From: Bacillota bacterium
GTDB lineage: Bacteria > Bacillota > Clostridia > Christensenellales > CAG-138
Direction of reading: 5' to 3'
DNA: 47,714 nucleotides
Assembly (NCBI GenBank): GCA_023458615.1
Contig: JAEWYV010000053.1
Span: forward strand, 1 to 47,714
The notes beneath the pieces are model-generated. The model did not search any database. It had not been told where the DNA came from and saw only the letters and a program-made list of their open reading frames with translations. The translations under genes and the position numbers were made by a program. Shown piece after piece: positions 15,526 to 24,244 of the stretch (within the stretch, counting starts at the first letter, position 1; each line of letters starts with the position of its first letter).

Positions 15526-15744
15526 TTAGGTTTGCGCTTCCAGCTCGGCAATGTGCGCCTGCAGCGCCACTATACGCTCCGCGTCAGTCATGACGATTTC
15601 GCCGTTCTGTGTGAACACACCGTTGGAATAATGATCCCCGATCGCGACCGGACGGTCTTCAACGGGAATTCCATCCATGCCTTCCGGCAGTGGTCCCACG
15701 ATCATGTTCACGACCGTTCCGTCTTCCACAATTGCATAATTCAT
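15526..15744 (-). CDS. Small phage protein, unknown function
   Basis: 72 aa, GGGAGAA SD, between tail fibre and lysis genes. Confidence 0.5.
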   Translation of the reverse strand: MNYAIVEDGTVVNMIVGPLPEGMDGIPVEDRPVAIGDHYSNGVFTQNGEIVMTDAERIVALQAHIAELEAQT

Positions 15745-15753
15745 CTGTTCTCC

Positions 15754-16686
15754 CTATGCCGCTCTCACGTTGCGCACAACGCAAATGCCGGAACCGCCAT
15801 TACCGCTGCCATATGCCGCGGCACCTGCGCCGCCGCCGCCGGAACCTGCACCGGTATTTGCGGCACAAGAATTACTCGCTGCCGCTCCGCCGCCGTTGGT
15901 TCCACCTCCTGCGCCTCCGGCTCCACCGTTTCCTGCGCTGCCACCGCCGCCACCGGCACCCGCGTATAGATCGCCCTCCGGAACGCCGAACTCCCTCGTG
16001 GAGGTTCCCTGTCCTGTGCCGGTTCCCGCCGCGTTGCCGGAGCCATTGGAGCCGTCCGAACCGCCTGCGTAGCCGGTACCCGTCGTTCCCTTGCCACCAC
16101 CGGAACCACCCGAACCGCCGCTCGAACCTGCCGAGTAGGTCAGTCCGCCTGCTCCTCCATTTGCCGTAACGCCGAACGCGCTGGTGTTTCCACCTGCATT
16201 GCCGTTTGCAGAAGTGCCGGTTGCTTTCCCGGCTCCTCCGGCACCAATCACAATCGGGTAATCGACATTGACTTCTGCGGAGATCAGCTGCGTTATCGCA
16301 AAGCCACCGGCACCGCCACCGCCTGCGGTAGACGCACCGGAGCCGCCGCCTCCAACGAGGAAAACCTGAATGTTTCCATTCAGCTTCTGAAACCGCAGCG
16401 TACCGCTCGTCAGGAACTTGATACGCCAATCGCCATTGTTATCGTCCAGCAGAATGTAGCTGCCCGTGTAGGTAAACGAGGGCAGCGTATTTTTTGCACC
16501 TGCGCCGCCGTGGACAATACCGGGACACATGAGAAACGCCGCAGCAAGCAGGAAGAATACCCTTTTCAGAAATCGCGTGCTTTGTTTCCTGCCCGGCACT
16601 ACGCGCGGCAAGAATCCGGAGATGGCGGGGAGAACAGCGCGTACCTTCTGCTGGCACCAATACCAAATCTTGAGCAGCCGTTTCAT
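15754..16686 (-). CDS. Glycine-rich tail-fibre-associated protein
   Basis: Long GGxGG/GxGxG tracts after a hydrophobic N-terminal segment. ATGA overlap with the upstream tail gene. Confidence 0.55.
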   Translation of the reverse strand: MKRLLKIWYWCQQKVRAVLPAISGFLPRVVPGRKQSTRFLKRVFFLLAAAFLMCPGIVHGGAGAKNTLPSFTYTGSYILLDDNNGDWRIKFLTSGTLRFQKLNGNIQVFLVGGGGSGASTAGGGGAGGFAITQLISAEVNVDYPIVIGAGGAGKATGTSANGNAGGNTSAFGVTANGGAGGLTYSAGSSGGSGGSGGGKGTTGTGYAGGSDGSNGSGNAAGTGTGQGTSTREFGVPEGDLYAGAGGGGGSAGNGGAGGAGGGTNGGGAAASNSCAANTGAGSGGGGAGAAAYGSGNGGSGICVVRNVRAA

Positions 16687-17633
16687 TCGTACAAATCTCC
16701 TCTCACAATGACGCGAACCGGAATATCGATCTCCGGCACATCCCCGAACGCCTCAATGGTGATGCTTCCTGCCGCCTGTCCGCCATCCTGCAGATTCGCA
16801 GCCTGATACGCATCCAGCTCATCTGTGGTAATAGGAAGTCCCGGAAACAGTTCCCACGCCGAGACCGTCGTCACGTCCGAGACGTTCAGCACATATGTGT
16901 GATCAGTCCAATTCGACGCGAGCAGCGATGCAATGACAAGAGTCGATTTTGTTGCCGCTCCAATACTCTCCGGCGGGATGGGATCATCTCCATCCTCCGC
17001 GTGCGTTCCGGCATGATTCGGCACCGCCTGCCCGGTCAGCGCCTGGATCAGTGATTGCGCCTGCGTGATCGCCGCGTTCAGCTGCGCTACCGCAACGGAG
17101 GTATCGACGGTAACGTTTTCCGTCACTATCCCGCACACCGTAGCGTCAAATCGCTCGTCCGTGATCATGCCCGCCGTGATCGCCAACGTACCCGCCGCAA
17201 CCCCGATTCGTGCGAGCGAAATCTGCCGCAGAGAAGCGTTGTTCGTGAGCGCCGGGGCAATCGGAGAAACCGCGCTTGTGCCTTTGAGAATCCTGATCTC
17301 CGGCAGCTGCGTATAGTTTGGCGTGGACCACTCGACGATCACGCGGTCGATACGGTTTAATACGCCGTCAGCCGTGTCTATTGCGAGCTGCAACAGCGCC
17401 GCCGTCGAGGCAAAGACGTCGTTCCAGAAATGGATGCCGTTCCCGTTCTGATCGGTCAGCCATCCGTCTCCGTCGGATACCGTTACCGCCATGCCGGGCG
17501 ACGTCAGCGCCGCAACAGCAAGCTCACCGGGCGCGCCGAACACGCCGCTGGTGCGCCCGTGGTGCCAGCGCATGACGTGTTCCGCGCCGATCTCCACGTT
17601 GACGTTGTTCGGATAACTCTTTATCTCTGCCAT
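16683..17633 (-). CDS. Tail fibre/receptor-binding-region protein (unknown family)
   Basis: 316 aa; position after Dit/Tal-like genes; translationally coupled on both sides. Confidence 0.45.
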   Translation of the reverse strand: MAEIKSYPNNVNVEIGAEHVMRWHHGRTSGVFGAPGELAVAALTSPGMAVTVSDGDGWLTDQNGNGIHFWNDVFASTAALLQLAIDTADGVLNRIDRVIVEWSTPNYTQLPEIRILKGTSAVSPIAPALTNNASLRQISLARIGVAAGTLAITAGMITDERFDATVCGIVTENVTVDTSVAVAQLNAAITQAQSLIQALTGQAVPNHAGTHAEDGDDPIPPESIGAATKSTLVIASLLASNWTDHTYVLNVSDVTTVSAWELFPGLPITTDELDAYQAANLQDGGQAAGSITIEAFGDVPEIDIPVRVIVRGDLYE

Positions 17634-18646
17634 GCCAGTTTCATCTCTCCAATCACCGTAATCTCCGGCTCACCCAGCACGATCGACACCGTCTCGTTCT
17701 GCGCCTGTATCGTGCGTTTCACGCCGTTAATGATCGCCGTAAACTGCATCCCAAACCGGTTGGACACGCAGCGCACGCGATCACCCATCTTGTACTTGAT
17801 GCCATACTCGCCCGGATCGACACGCACGGAGAATCCAATGCTCCGCACTCGCTTTGCCGCCTCGGCCGCGCCGGAGGCATCGAGACGCGCTTCGAAGTCG
17901 GCCTGTGGCTCGTCGTTCGCCTGCTTGAGCTTTGAATCGTGCCAGTATTCGTACCGATCGGCACCGGTCGCCGTTCCTACCGTCCGGACGATTGTTGAGC
18001 CATCCGCGAGCGTGCCGAGGACATAGATCACATTCTTGAACAGACTTTCATCGTCCTCAATCTTCAAGTCGCGCGCGGTTCCCTGCTCGTCGGAGAAGAT
18101 CACCGCTTTTGAGCCGGTCGTGAGATCGCTGCCCTTGTAGACTTCAAAGATATGTTTCCGGTTCTTGGTATCGAACGACATTCGTTGTCCCAGTTCCACC
18201 GCGTCGAGAATCGGAATGAACGCATCGAGCAGCTGTCCCCCCGAAAGGATCGCGCTGTAAGCTTCGGGCAGCGCTTGCAAAGGGGCCGTTTCTACATGCG
18301 GAAGACCACGCAGGTTGGCGGCAATCGCCGCATATACGCCGCTCTCCACCGCCAAGATTACCGCGGGCGTCGCAATGGCCCGCTTATTCAAGAGCCAGTT
18401 TGTCGTATAGCCGTTGACCGTGATCCGGTCTTGCGACGTGTCCGGCGAAACGCGCGTGACCACCATCGCCTGATTGATCTTGGTGCGAAACAAGATCGCG
18501 CCTTTGACGAGGTGGGTGATGTTGTATTTCGTCGGCGGCACAACGAGGGTGAATTTGCCGATGTCGTTGTACCATTCCTCCGTCTGGTAGGAGTTGGCGC
18601 GGATTTCGTGATACCCGGTCAGTTCCGGGTTGAAGGCAACTAGCAT
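17621..18646 (-). CDS. Siphovirus tail-tip/baseplate protein (Gp37-like minor structural protein)
   Basis: 341 aa directly after the distal tail protein. The N-terminus resembles the siphovirus Gp37-like family by eye. Confidence 0.5.
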   Translation of the reverse strand: MLVAFNPELTGYHEIRANSYQTEEWYNDIGKFTLVVPPTKYNITHLVKGAILFRTKINQAMVVTRVSPDTSQDRITVNGYTTNWLLNKRAIATPAVILAVESGVYAAIAANLRGLPHVETAPLQALPEAYSAILSGGQLLDAFIPILDAVELGQRMSFDTKNRKHIFEVYKGSDLTTGSKAVIFSDEQGTARDLKIEDDESLFKNVIYVLGTLADGSTIVRTVGTATGADRYEYWHDSKLKQANDEPQADFEARLDASGAAEAAKRVRSIGFSVRVDPGEYGIKYKMGDRVRCVSNRFGMQFTAIINGVKRTIQAQNETVSIVLGEPEITVIGEMKLAWQR

Positions 18647-19491
18647 GTTAGAATCGCCACCTTTTCGATTGCAACGTCGATACTCACCACCACATTGGAT
18701 GCGTCCTCGTCCGCCTCGGTCTTGATCAGGTTGTCGCCGACCGCCATACGCTCTAACGTACTGGTGATCTCCAGATCGCCGCGGATATCGCCGTCGATCG
18801 TGGAGGTGACGTAGGTCAGATCATGCGTGATCTCTATGGTGACCCGCTCTCCCGCCGCCATGGTGCGGTTAAGCTGCATGAATTCGCCGCTGATCGCGTT
18901 GACGAGCCGCGGATTGACGACAGGCCCTTTCGCATTGAACGTCGCGGTGAACGGGCAGGCCACCTGTCCGCTGTTTCGGATGTTGATAAACGCCGTTTCG
19001 ATCGTTTCACCGAAGCGGTAGGGCTGTGAAATGTTCCATGGAAACCGGAAGCGCGGGATCACGCCGGTGAGGATCGTCTTTGTCGCCTGATCCAGCATCC
19101 AGTAGGGATACGGGGCCAAAAGCGCAAACTGGAAGCCCGGAAACCGCAGCGTATTGTCGATCACCGGTGTAGAGGTCGGCGTGACGATCCGGTAGTATGT
19201 CCCGTTGTGATAGAGCCGCGCCCCGATATCCGGCAGCACGACCTGAAACAAGCGCTCCGCGCGCGCTTCAATCTGTGCTCTGGTGCCGAAGAGATAGCCG
19301 GTGATCGTCATGGGTACCGACTGCACTACGCGCGACTGCACCGTGGTTCCAATCTGCCCGATCCCTTGCGCTTGATTCGCGTTCACGGAGATCCCGCTCG
19401 TGCCGGTGATCGACGTGATCCGGTATCCGTTTGTTGCGCTCAGCGCGAGGGAGTCGCCGTTGTCGTTGACGTAGGTAAAGATATCTCTCAT
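18640..19491 (-). CDS. Distal tail protein (Dit)
   Basis: Immediately follows the tape measure with an ATGA start/stop overlap at 19488-19491 (the longer ORF to 19506 lacks an SD). Typical Dit position and size. Confidence 0.65.
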   Translation of the reverse strand: MRDIFTYVNDNGDSLALSATNGYRITSITGTSGISVNANQAQGIGQIGTTVQSRVVQSVPMTITGYLFGTRAQIEARAERLFQVVLPDIGARLYHNGTYYRIVTPTSTPVIDNTLRFPGFQFALLAPYPYWMLDQATKTILTGVIPRFRFPWNISQPYRFGETIETAFINIRNSGQVACPFTATFNAKGPVVNPRLVNAISGEFMQLNRTMAAGERVTIEITHDLTYVTSTIDGDIRGDLEITSTLERMAVGDNLIKTEADEDASNVVVSIDVAIEKVAILTC

Positions 19492-21758
19492 GTGGACACC
19501 GCCCATCTGCCGCGCGCAAAGGCCGCGTAGGTCGCATCCGCCGCTTCGACGGCTGTTTCCTTGTCCCTGGCGTAGATGTGGAACACATACTGCGGCGCGC
19601 CGCTGCCGGACGAACCGGTTGCATTGCCGTTCACATCCAAGTCAATGCTGGTTCCGGACAGGGTCGCCTTGACCTTGTTGATCGCGTTGGAAGCGGAAGC
19701 AAGCGCAAAGCCAAGACCGTTCTCCGCGCCGATTCCAATGCCCTGCAGCAGATAGTATCCGGTCTGGATGCCCCATTTCGAGGGAGAATGTTCGTCGAAT
19801 CCGTCCGATCCGGTGAACCAGCCCTTGATAATGTCGATTAAGCCTTTCACCTTGGATTTCAGCCATGCAATCTTGTCGTTGATGCCGTTCCAGATGCCGA
19901 CGATCAGGTCTTTACCCACATTGAAGAACTCGGATAGCTTATCCTTCACCGGCTGCGTGATGTTATCGCTCACCAGCTGTCCAATCGAGAGGAACACATC
20001 GGAGAACTTCGCCACGATACCCTCGTACATCTGCACAATCATCTCTTTACCGCTCTCCCAGAGCTGGGGAGAAGCGTCCATGAGTCCGACCGCGATGTTC
20101 AACACGATGCCGGGCAATTTCACCAGCAGCTCCGGCAGCGCCAGAATCAGTCCTTCCGCAATGGCGAGGATGATCTGTAGCGAGGCTTTGTTTAGTTCGA
20201 TAATCGTGTCGGGGTTGGTTAGAATGTTCACGATCTCCAAAATCATGCCCACGATCGACGGAATCAGCTCCGGCAGGCTCTGTGCAATTCCCTGCGCCAG
20301 CGCAATCACGATATCCAGCCCTGTCTGTATAATCAGCGGCAGGCTTTGAATGAGAAACTGCGCCAGCATGGTAACCACCTGCACGACCGCCAGCGCGATT
20401 GCGTCCGCGTTCTGCTGAATCGCGATGAAGATGCCGGTCACGATCTCGATCGCCGCGGTGACCAGCGTCGGTAGAATCTCCGGCAACAGCTCCACGACCA
20501 TGCCTGCAACCGAGGCAATCACGCTGGAGAGCACGCCCACGAAGGCAGGTGCGTTATCCGCAACCGCATCCACCGCGCGTTTGAGCTGTTCGGTGATCGC
20601 ATCCGAAATCGTCGTGATATCGGACTCCTGAAATCCGTCGGACAGCGCCGTGGTGATCGTAGACAGAATGTCCGTAATACCGCCGACCATACCGCTGACA
20701 GAAGGCAGGAACACCAGCGCAGACAAGCGCCCGGCTGTTTCGAGCCGTGCGTTGACCTGCTGCATCTGGTCGTCAAACCCGCCGAGCGCCCGAACCGCTT
20801 CATCCGAAAGAATAAGCCCTGCCGCATGCGCTTCCGCTGCGTAGCGGAGCAATGCCTCCGATCCCGCGTCGATCAGCGGCTTCATGTCCTGATACGATTT
20901 GCCAAAGATGTCCTGCGCGGCAATATCCCGCAGGGTTGCGTCCTCAATGCCGCCTAAAGCGTCGATCGTGTCGTAGAACACCTGCTCGGTCGATTTCATC
21001 TGACCGTTTGCGCCGATCATGGACACCTGAATGCCTTGAGCGACCTCGATGTAATCCTTGCCGCCCTTCACGGATTCCTTCATCGCCGCGACTACGCGGG
21101 ACATGCCCTTGGTCATATCCTCGACCTCGGTGTCGATAAAACGGGCGGCATATGCCCACTCCTGCAGCGTTTGCGCGGAAACATTCGTCTGCGCGGAGGT
21201 GGTTAAGAGTTCATCCGCCCACTTTCCGGCATTCTTCGTCAGGTCAAAGATCGCTTTTCCCGCCGCAACCGCCGCAACGGCAACCGCGCCGATCGCAATG
21301 CCGATGCCTTTGAGCGCGCCAACCGCTAGCGTTCCCGTGCTCTTGGCAAAGCTGCTCCATTTTTCGCTGAAATCGTTCGTTTTCTTGCCAGTGTTTTCGA
21401 GCGCTTCGCCGTTCTCGCGAATCTCATGCTTCGTTTCTTCCAGTGCGGCTTTGGCATGGTTCAGGTTGGTTTTCATCTGCACGTAAGCTGCGTCGGTCGG
21501 CTTCACGCCAGCTTCATCCATCCGCTGGAGCGCCTTTTCCGCCTCCGATACCGCTTTCTGCTGCTCGGTCATGGACTTGTTTAATAGGTCGCTCTTTGCT
21601 TTGAGCGCGGCGACAGAGGTGCTATTTTTACCAAACTCCGCCGTCATGACCGCCGCTTCCGAGGCGACCAGCTTCATGCTGTCCTTGATGCCCTTTAGTG
21701 CGCTGCTGTATTCCTTGTCGCCCTTGACCGAGATGGTCGGGCCGATGTTATAACCCAC
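19488..21758 (-). CDS. Tail tape-measure protein
   Basis: 756 aa, GTG start behind AGGAGG. Coiled-coil N-terminus, hydrophobic Ala/Ile/Val-rich central repeats. Follows the chaperone pair. Confidence 0.9.
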   Translation of the reverse strand: MGYNIGPTISVKGDKEYSSALKGIKDSMKLVASEAAVMTAEFGKNSTSVAALKAKSDLLNKSMTEQQKAVSEAEKALQRMDEAGVKPTDAAYVQMKTNLNHAKAALEETKHEIRENGEALENTGKKTNDFSEKWSSFAKSTGTLAVGALKGIGIAIGAVAVAAVAAGKAIFDLTKNAGKWADELLTTSAQTNVSAQTLQEWAYAARFIDTEVEDMTKGMSRVVAAMKESVKGGKDYIEVAQGIQVSMIGANGQMKSTEQVFYDTIDALGGIEDATLRDIAAQDIFGKSYQDMKPLIDAGSEALLRYAAEAHAAGLILSDEAVRALGGFDDQMQQVNARLETAGRLSALVFLPSVSGMVGGITDILSTITTALSDGFQESDITTISDAITEQLKRAVDAVADNAPAFVGVLSSVIASVAGMVVELLPEILPTLVTAAIEIVTGIFIAIQQNADAIALAVVQVVTMLAQFLIQSLPLIIQTGLDIVIALAQGIAQSLPELIPSIVGMILEIVNILTNPDTIIELNKASLQIILAIAEGLILALPELLVKLPGIVLNIAVGLMDASPQLWESGKEMIVQMYEGIVAKFSDVFLSIGQLVSDNITQPVKDKLSEFFNVGKDLIVGIWNGINDKIAWLKSKVKGLIDIIKGWFTGSDGFDEHSPSKWGIQTGYYLLQGIGIGAENGLGFALASASNAINKVKATLSGTSIDLDVNGNATGSSGSGAPQYVFHIYARDKETAVEAADATYAAFARGRWAVST

Positions 21759-21773
21759 AGGGCAACCTCCTTT

Positions 21774-22327
21774 TTACCACGGGAACATCCGGTCGATATC
21801 CGCCTGTGTTGCGTCTCTCACGGTCTTTCCGGTCGATTCCACACAGGCATCCAGGAACAGTCCTATGGTGATTTGGTCCAGTTCGGCGACGGTAAACCCC
21901 ATGCGTTTTGCCACCAGCAAATACGAGGGTACATCGATCTGTCCGCCGTCGCCGTCTACTTTTTTGACGTTTGCAAGCTCGCATTCAGAAGCGGTTTGAG
22001 CTCGCTGAAAATCTCGAAGATCGGGAACGAGACAAACGAATCGATCCAATCCTCCAAGTCCGGGGTCACCGCGTTGTCGTAGGCGCGCGCCATGGTATGC
22101 GCGATTCCGTAAAAGACCATGGTGTTCCAGTTTTTGTTGAGCTTGAACACAGGCTCTGGTTTCTTCTTGCCAAGCTTGGGCTTACCGTCCACCTGCTCGG
22201 TTCCGTCCGCCAGCGTCTGCAGATCGACAAACAGGTCACGTCCGGTCGCGTTGTAGTACCGCACAGGCAAAGACGCCGGTGCTTTGAAACCGACGTCCTG
22301 ACCAGCGATTTTTATGATTTTTTCCAT
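21774..22327 (-). CDS. Tail assembly chaperone -1 frameshift fusion (GT-like)
   Basis: The overlapping -1 frame ORF (21774-22049) continues ...KKVDGDGGQ after the slippery site and ends just before the TMP start. Confidence 0.7.
21956..22327 (-). CDS. Tail assembly chaperone (G-like, frame 0 product)
   Basis: 123 aa between the major tail protein and TMP. Ends ...TCA AAA AAG TAG. Confidence 0.8.
   Translation of the reverse strand: MEKIIKIAGQDVGFKAPASLPVRYYNATGRDLFVDLQTLADGTEQVDGKPKLGKKKPEPVFKLNKNWNTMVFYGIAHTMARAYDNAVTPDLEDWIDSFVSFPIFEIFSELKPLLNASLQTSKK
21959..21965 (-). promoter_or_regulatory. Programmed -1 ribosomal frameshift heptamer A AAA AAG
   Basis: Plus strand CTTTTTT = minus strand AAAAAAG, in the X XXY YYZ phase of frame 0, immediately 5' of the chaperone stop codon. 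Confidence 0.7.
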
Positions 22328-22333
22328 ATCGTC

Positions 22334-22897
22334 TTACACGCCCTCCACCGGCTCCTGCACAGCCGTGAACCAGCTACTGTAGACCGTCGGGTCCGTGTCG
22401 CTCTTGGTGTACATCTGCACGAGGTTGTCGCTCTCGCGCGGGCGCGCGGCAAACTTGACCTTGGTCGTATCGGGCGTTTTCGACTTTGCGGTCTTGGCTC
22501 CGATCTCCGGCCGCGCGGTCACGATGCAGTCGTACAGCGCGATCCTGCGGTTGTGCGCGTCGCCCTGAAACTGCGCCAGTAGCGCAAACTGCTTGTAGAT
22601 CTGCCCGGAATACTCCACCGCCGCCTTTTTGCCGTCCTCCTGCATAGCGAGAATCAGCGCCGCAATCGCCGCGGGAACGTAGGCGGTTTCGACCTCGCCG
22701 TCGTAGCCTTCGCTCTTGTCGATCATGGCGTAGTCCCGGTTATCCGCCTCAAACGGCTCCACGTTGCCTTTCGGGGACAGCGTGAGCGCGGTTGCGCCCG
22801 GCCAGTTGACGAGCGCGCCGTAGGAATACACGCCGTCCGTGACCGTAACGGGCGCTATGGCGAGACGGCTTACGCCATATCTGTATTTGTTTTCCAT
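22334..22897 (-). CDS. Major tail protein
   Basis: 187 aa; position upstream of the chaperone pair; resembles phi13-type major tail proteins by eye. Confidence 0.7.
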   Translation of the reverse strand: MENKYRYGVSRLAIAPVTVTDGVYSYGALVNWPGATALTLSPKGNVEPFEADNRDYAMIDKSEGYDGEVETAYVPAAIAALILAMQEDGKKAAVEYSGQIYKQFALLAQFQGDAHNRRIALYDCIVTARPEIGAKTAKSKTPDTTKVKFAARPRESDNLVQMYTKSDTDPTVYSSWFTAVQEPVEGV

Positions 22898-22905
22898 GTT
22901 TCCTC

Positions 22906-23232
22906 CTATGCCCGGCCGAATACGGCCAGTGTGGTATGGTGTTTCTGTGCGTCTGTTTCATATTCCACATACCGGCTCTCCAGCACGACGATGTCGGCTG
23001 CTTTCAGGAGCGCCTTTGCAGAGGCGATCAGAGTGCGATAGTTGCCGCCGAGGTGGAATTCGATGTTGACGTGCTCGTCGAGCACGTAATCCTCGTTGTC
23101 CGCTTCAAAGGCGCGCTCGTAATCCGGCACGAGGACATAGTGATCGACGGTGGGGCTGCCAATATACAGGCCAACGCCATGTTTGAGCTTCAGCGGCGCG
23201 AGTGCCGCGTCGATCGTTTCAAGTACCGGCAA
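22906..23232 (-). CDS. Tail completion / tail terminator-like protein
   Basis: 108 aa; the call rests on synteny between the gp10-like and major tail genes. Confidence 0.45.
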   Translation of the reverse strand: MPVLETIDAALAPLKLKHGVGLYIGSPTVDHYVLVPDYERAFEADNEDYVLDEHVNIEFHLGGNYRTLIASAKALLKAADIVVLESRYVEYETDAQKHHTTLAVFGRA

Positions 23233-23620
23233 TCTTCTTCGCCTCCTCGTCGTAGATTCGCTGCATTTCGGCGATGCACTCCGGGTCCGCCGCTGAGCAA
23301 GCGGCGTTCAGCCACGGGCGCGGCGGCTGCGCGTGTTTGCCGCTTCTGCCATGCTCGTAGACATTGACCGCCAATGCGGCTGATGTTCCGGATTCCGTTT
23401 TGCCCCTGAACTGCACCTGCGCAAACCAGCCGTATGGATTCTTACGCGCGGCTTTCATCTTCACGTACCTGGCAAACGAAGCGTTGGCGCTCTTGATCTT
23501 CGCGTAAAGAATCCGCAGCCCGGCACTGACCATGCTCTTGAGCACGCTGTCCGTGCTGTCACCGAGCTTGGAGAGCATCTGTTCATATTCGTCGAATCCC
23601 TCAAATTTCACCGTCGCCAT
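23219..23620 (-). CDS. HK97 gp10-family head-tail joining protein
   Basis: 133 aa; MATVKFEGFDEYEQMLSKLG N-terminus typical of the gp10 family; synteny. Confidence 0.65.
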   Translation of the reverse strand: MATVKFEGFDEYEQMLSKLGDSTDSVLKSMVSAGLRILYAKIKSANASFARYVKMKAARKNPYGWFAQVQFRGKTESGTSAALAVNVYEHGRSGKHAQPPRPWLNAACSAADPECIAEMQRIYDEEAKKIAGT

Positions 23621-23624
23621 GTCT

Positions 23625-23930
23625 CTACTCCGTAATCCGGCTGCAAGTCAGTTCGATCTTGTCCTGCCCGGTTTTGAAATCGCGAATAATCCGGTATTCC
23701 ACGTCGCCGTCCAGCGCGTGGTGGATCAGTTGCTGCTGCCCGTTATAGTCGATGGGGGATACCTCGAAGGTGGCGTTCACCGCGCGCCCGTTTGCGTCCG
23801 CCGCGTAAAACTCACTGCGCACCACGCTCTTCTTCTCCGCCCAGCAGGAAACGCTTGAAACAGGGGTCACCTGCTGGAACGTGTCATCCGACGGCGCTGT
23901 TTTCACCAGCGTGATCCAGTCAGCTCTCAT
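23625..23930 (-). CDS. Head closure / head-tail adaptor protein
   Basis: 101 aa; synteny; typical pattern W..V.......E...A......F.IR. Confidence 0.6.
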   Translation of the reverse strand: MRADWITLVKTAPSDDTFQQVTPVSSVSCWAEKKSVVRSEFYAADANGRAVNATFEVSPIDYNGQQQLIHHALDGDVEYRIIRDFKTGQDKIELTCSRITE

Positions 23931-24219
23931 CTGCCGTCACCGGCCTTTCCTGCAACCAGCGCTCCCGGATCGCCAGCGTGATCCACTCCGGCCTGCCGGT
24001 GGTCCGGTCGCGGCTGTTGAGATTGTCCGCGGCGAGGTTTGCCACAAGCATGCTGTCCTCAACCGTATCTTGAAGATGGATGCCCTTGTTTGTCAGTTCC
24101 GCCGCGGCCGCGCGAAGCGCACCGGTCCAGTATTCCGTCAGAGGAGCGGGTGTGGCTACACCTGCCCGGTCCATGCGCCCCATGAGTAGGGAGAGCGCCG
24201 TGGTTTCGTTATATGCCAT
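23920..24219 (-). CDS. gp6-like head-tail connector protein
   Basis: 99 aa directly after the capsid gene. Confidence 0.55.
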   Translation of the reverse strand: MAYNETTALSLLMGRMDRAGVATPAPLTEYWTGALRAAAAELTNKGIHLQDTVEDSMLVANLAADNLNSRDRTTGRPEWITLAIRERWLQERPVTADES

Positions 24220-24244
24220 ACCCGCCTCCTCCTTTCAGCATTCC

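Noticed and set aside
15770-16429. Periodic GGN/GCC repeats and multiple Pro/Ala- or Arg-rich ORFs on both strands; considered as a possible repeat array or CRISPR-like structure.
   Set aside because: The periodicity is codon-level (Gly codons) within one long coupled ORF (15754-16686). There are no unit repeats with unique spacers. No CRISPR array was seen anywhere in the window.
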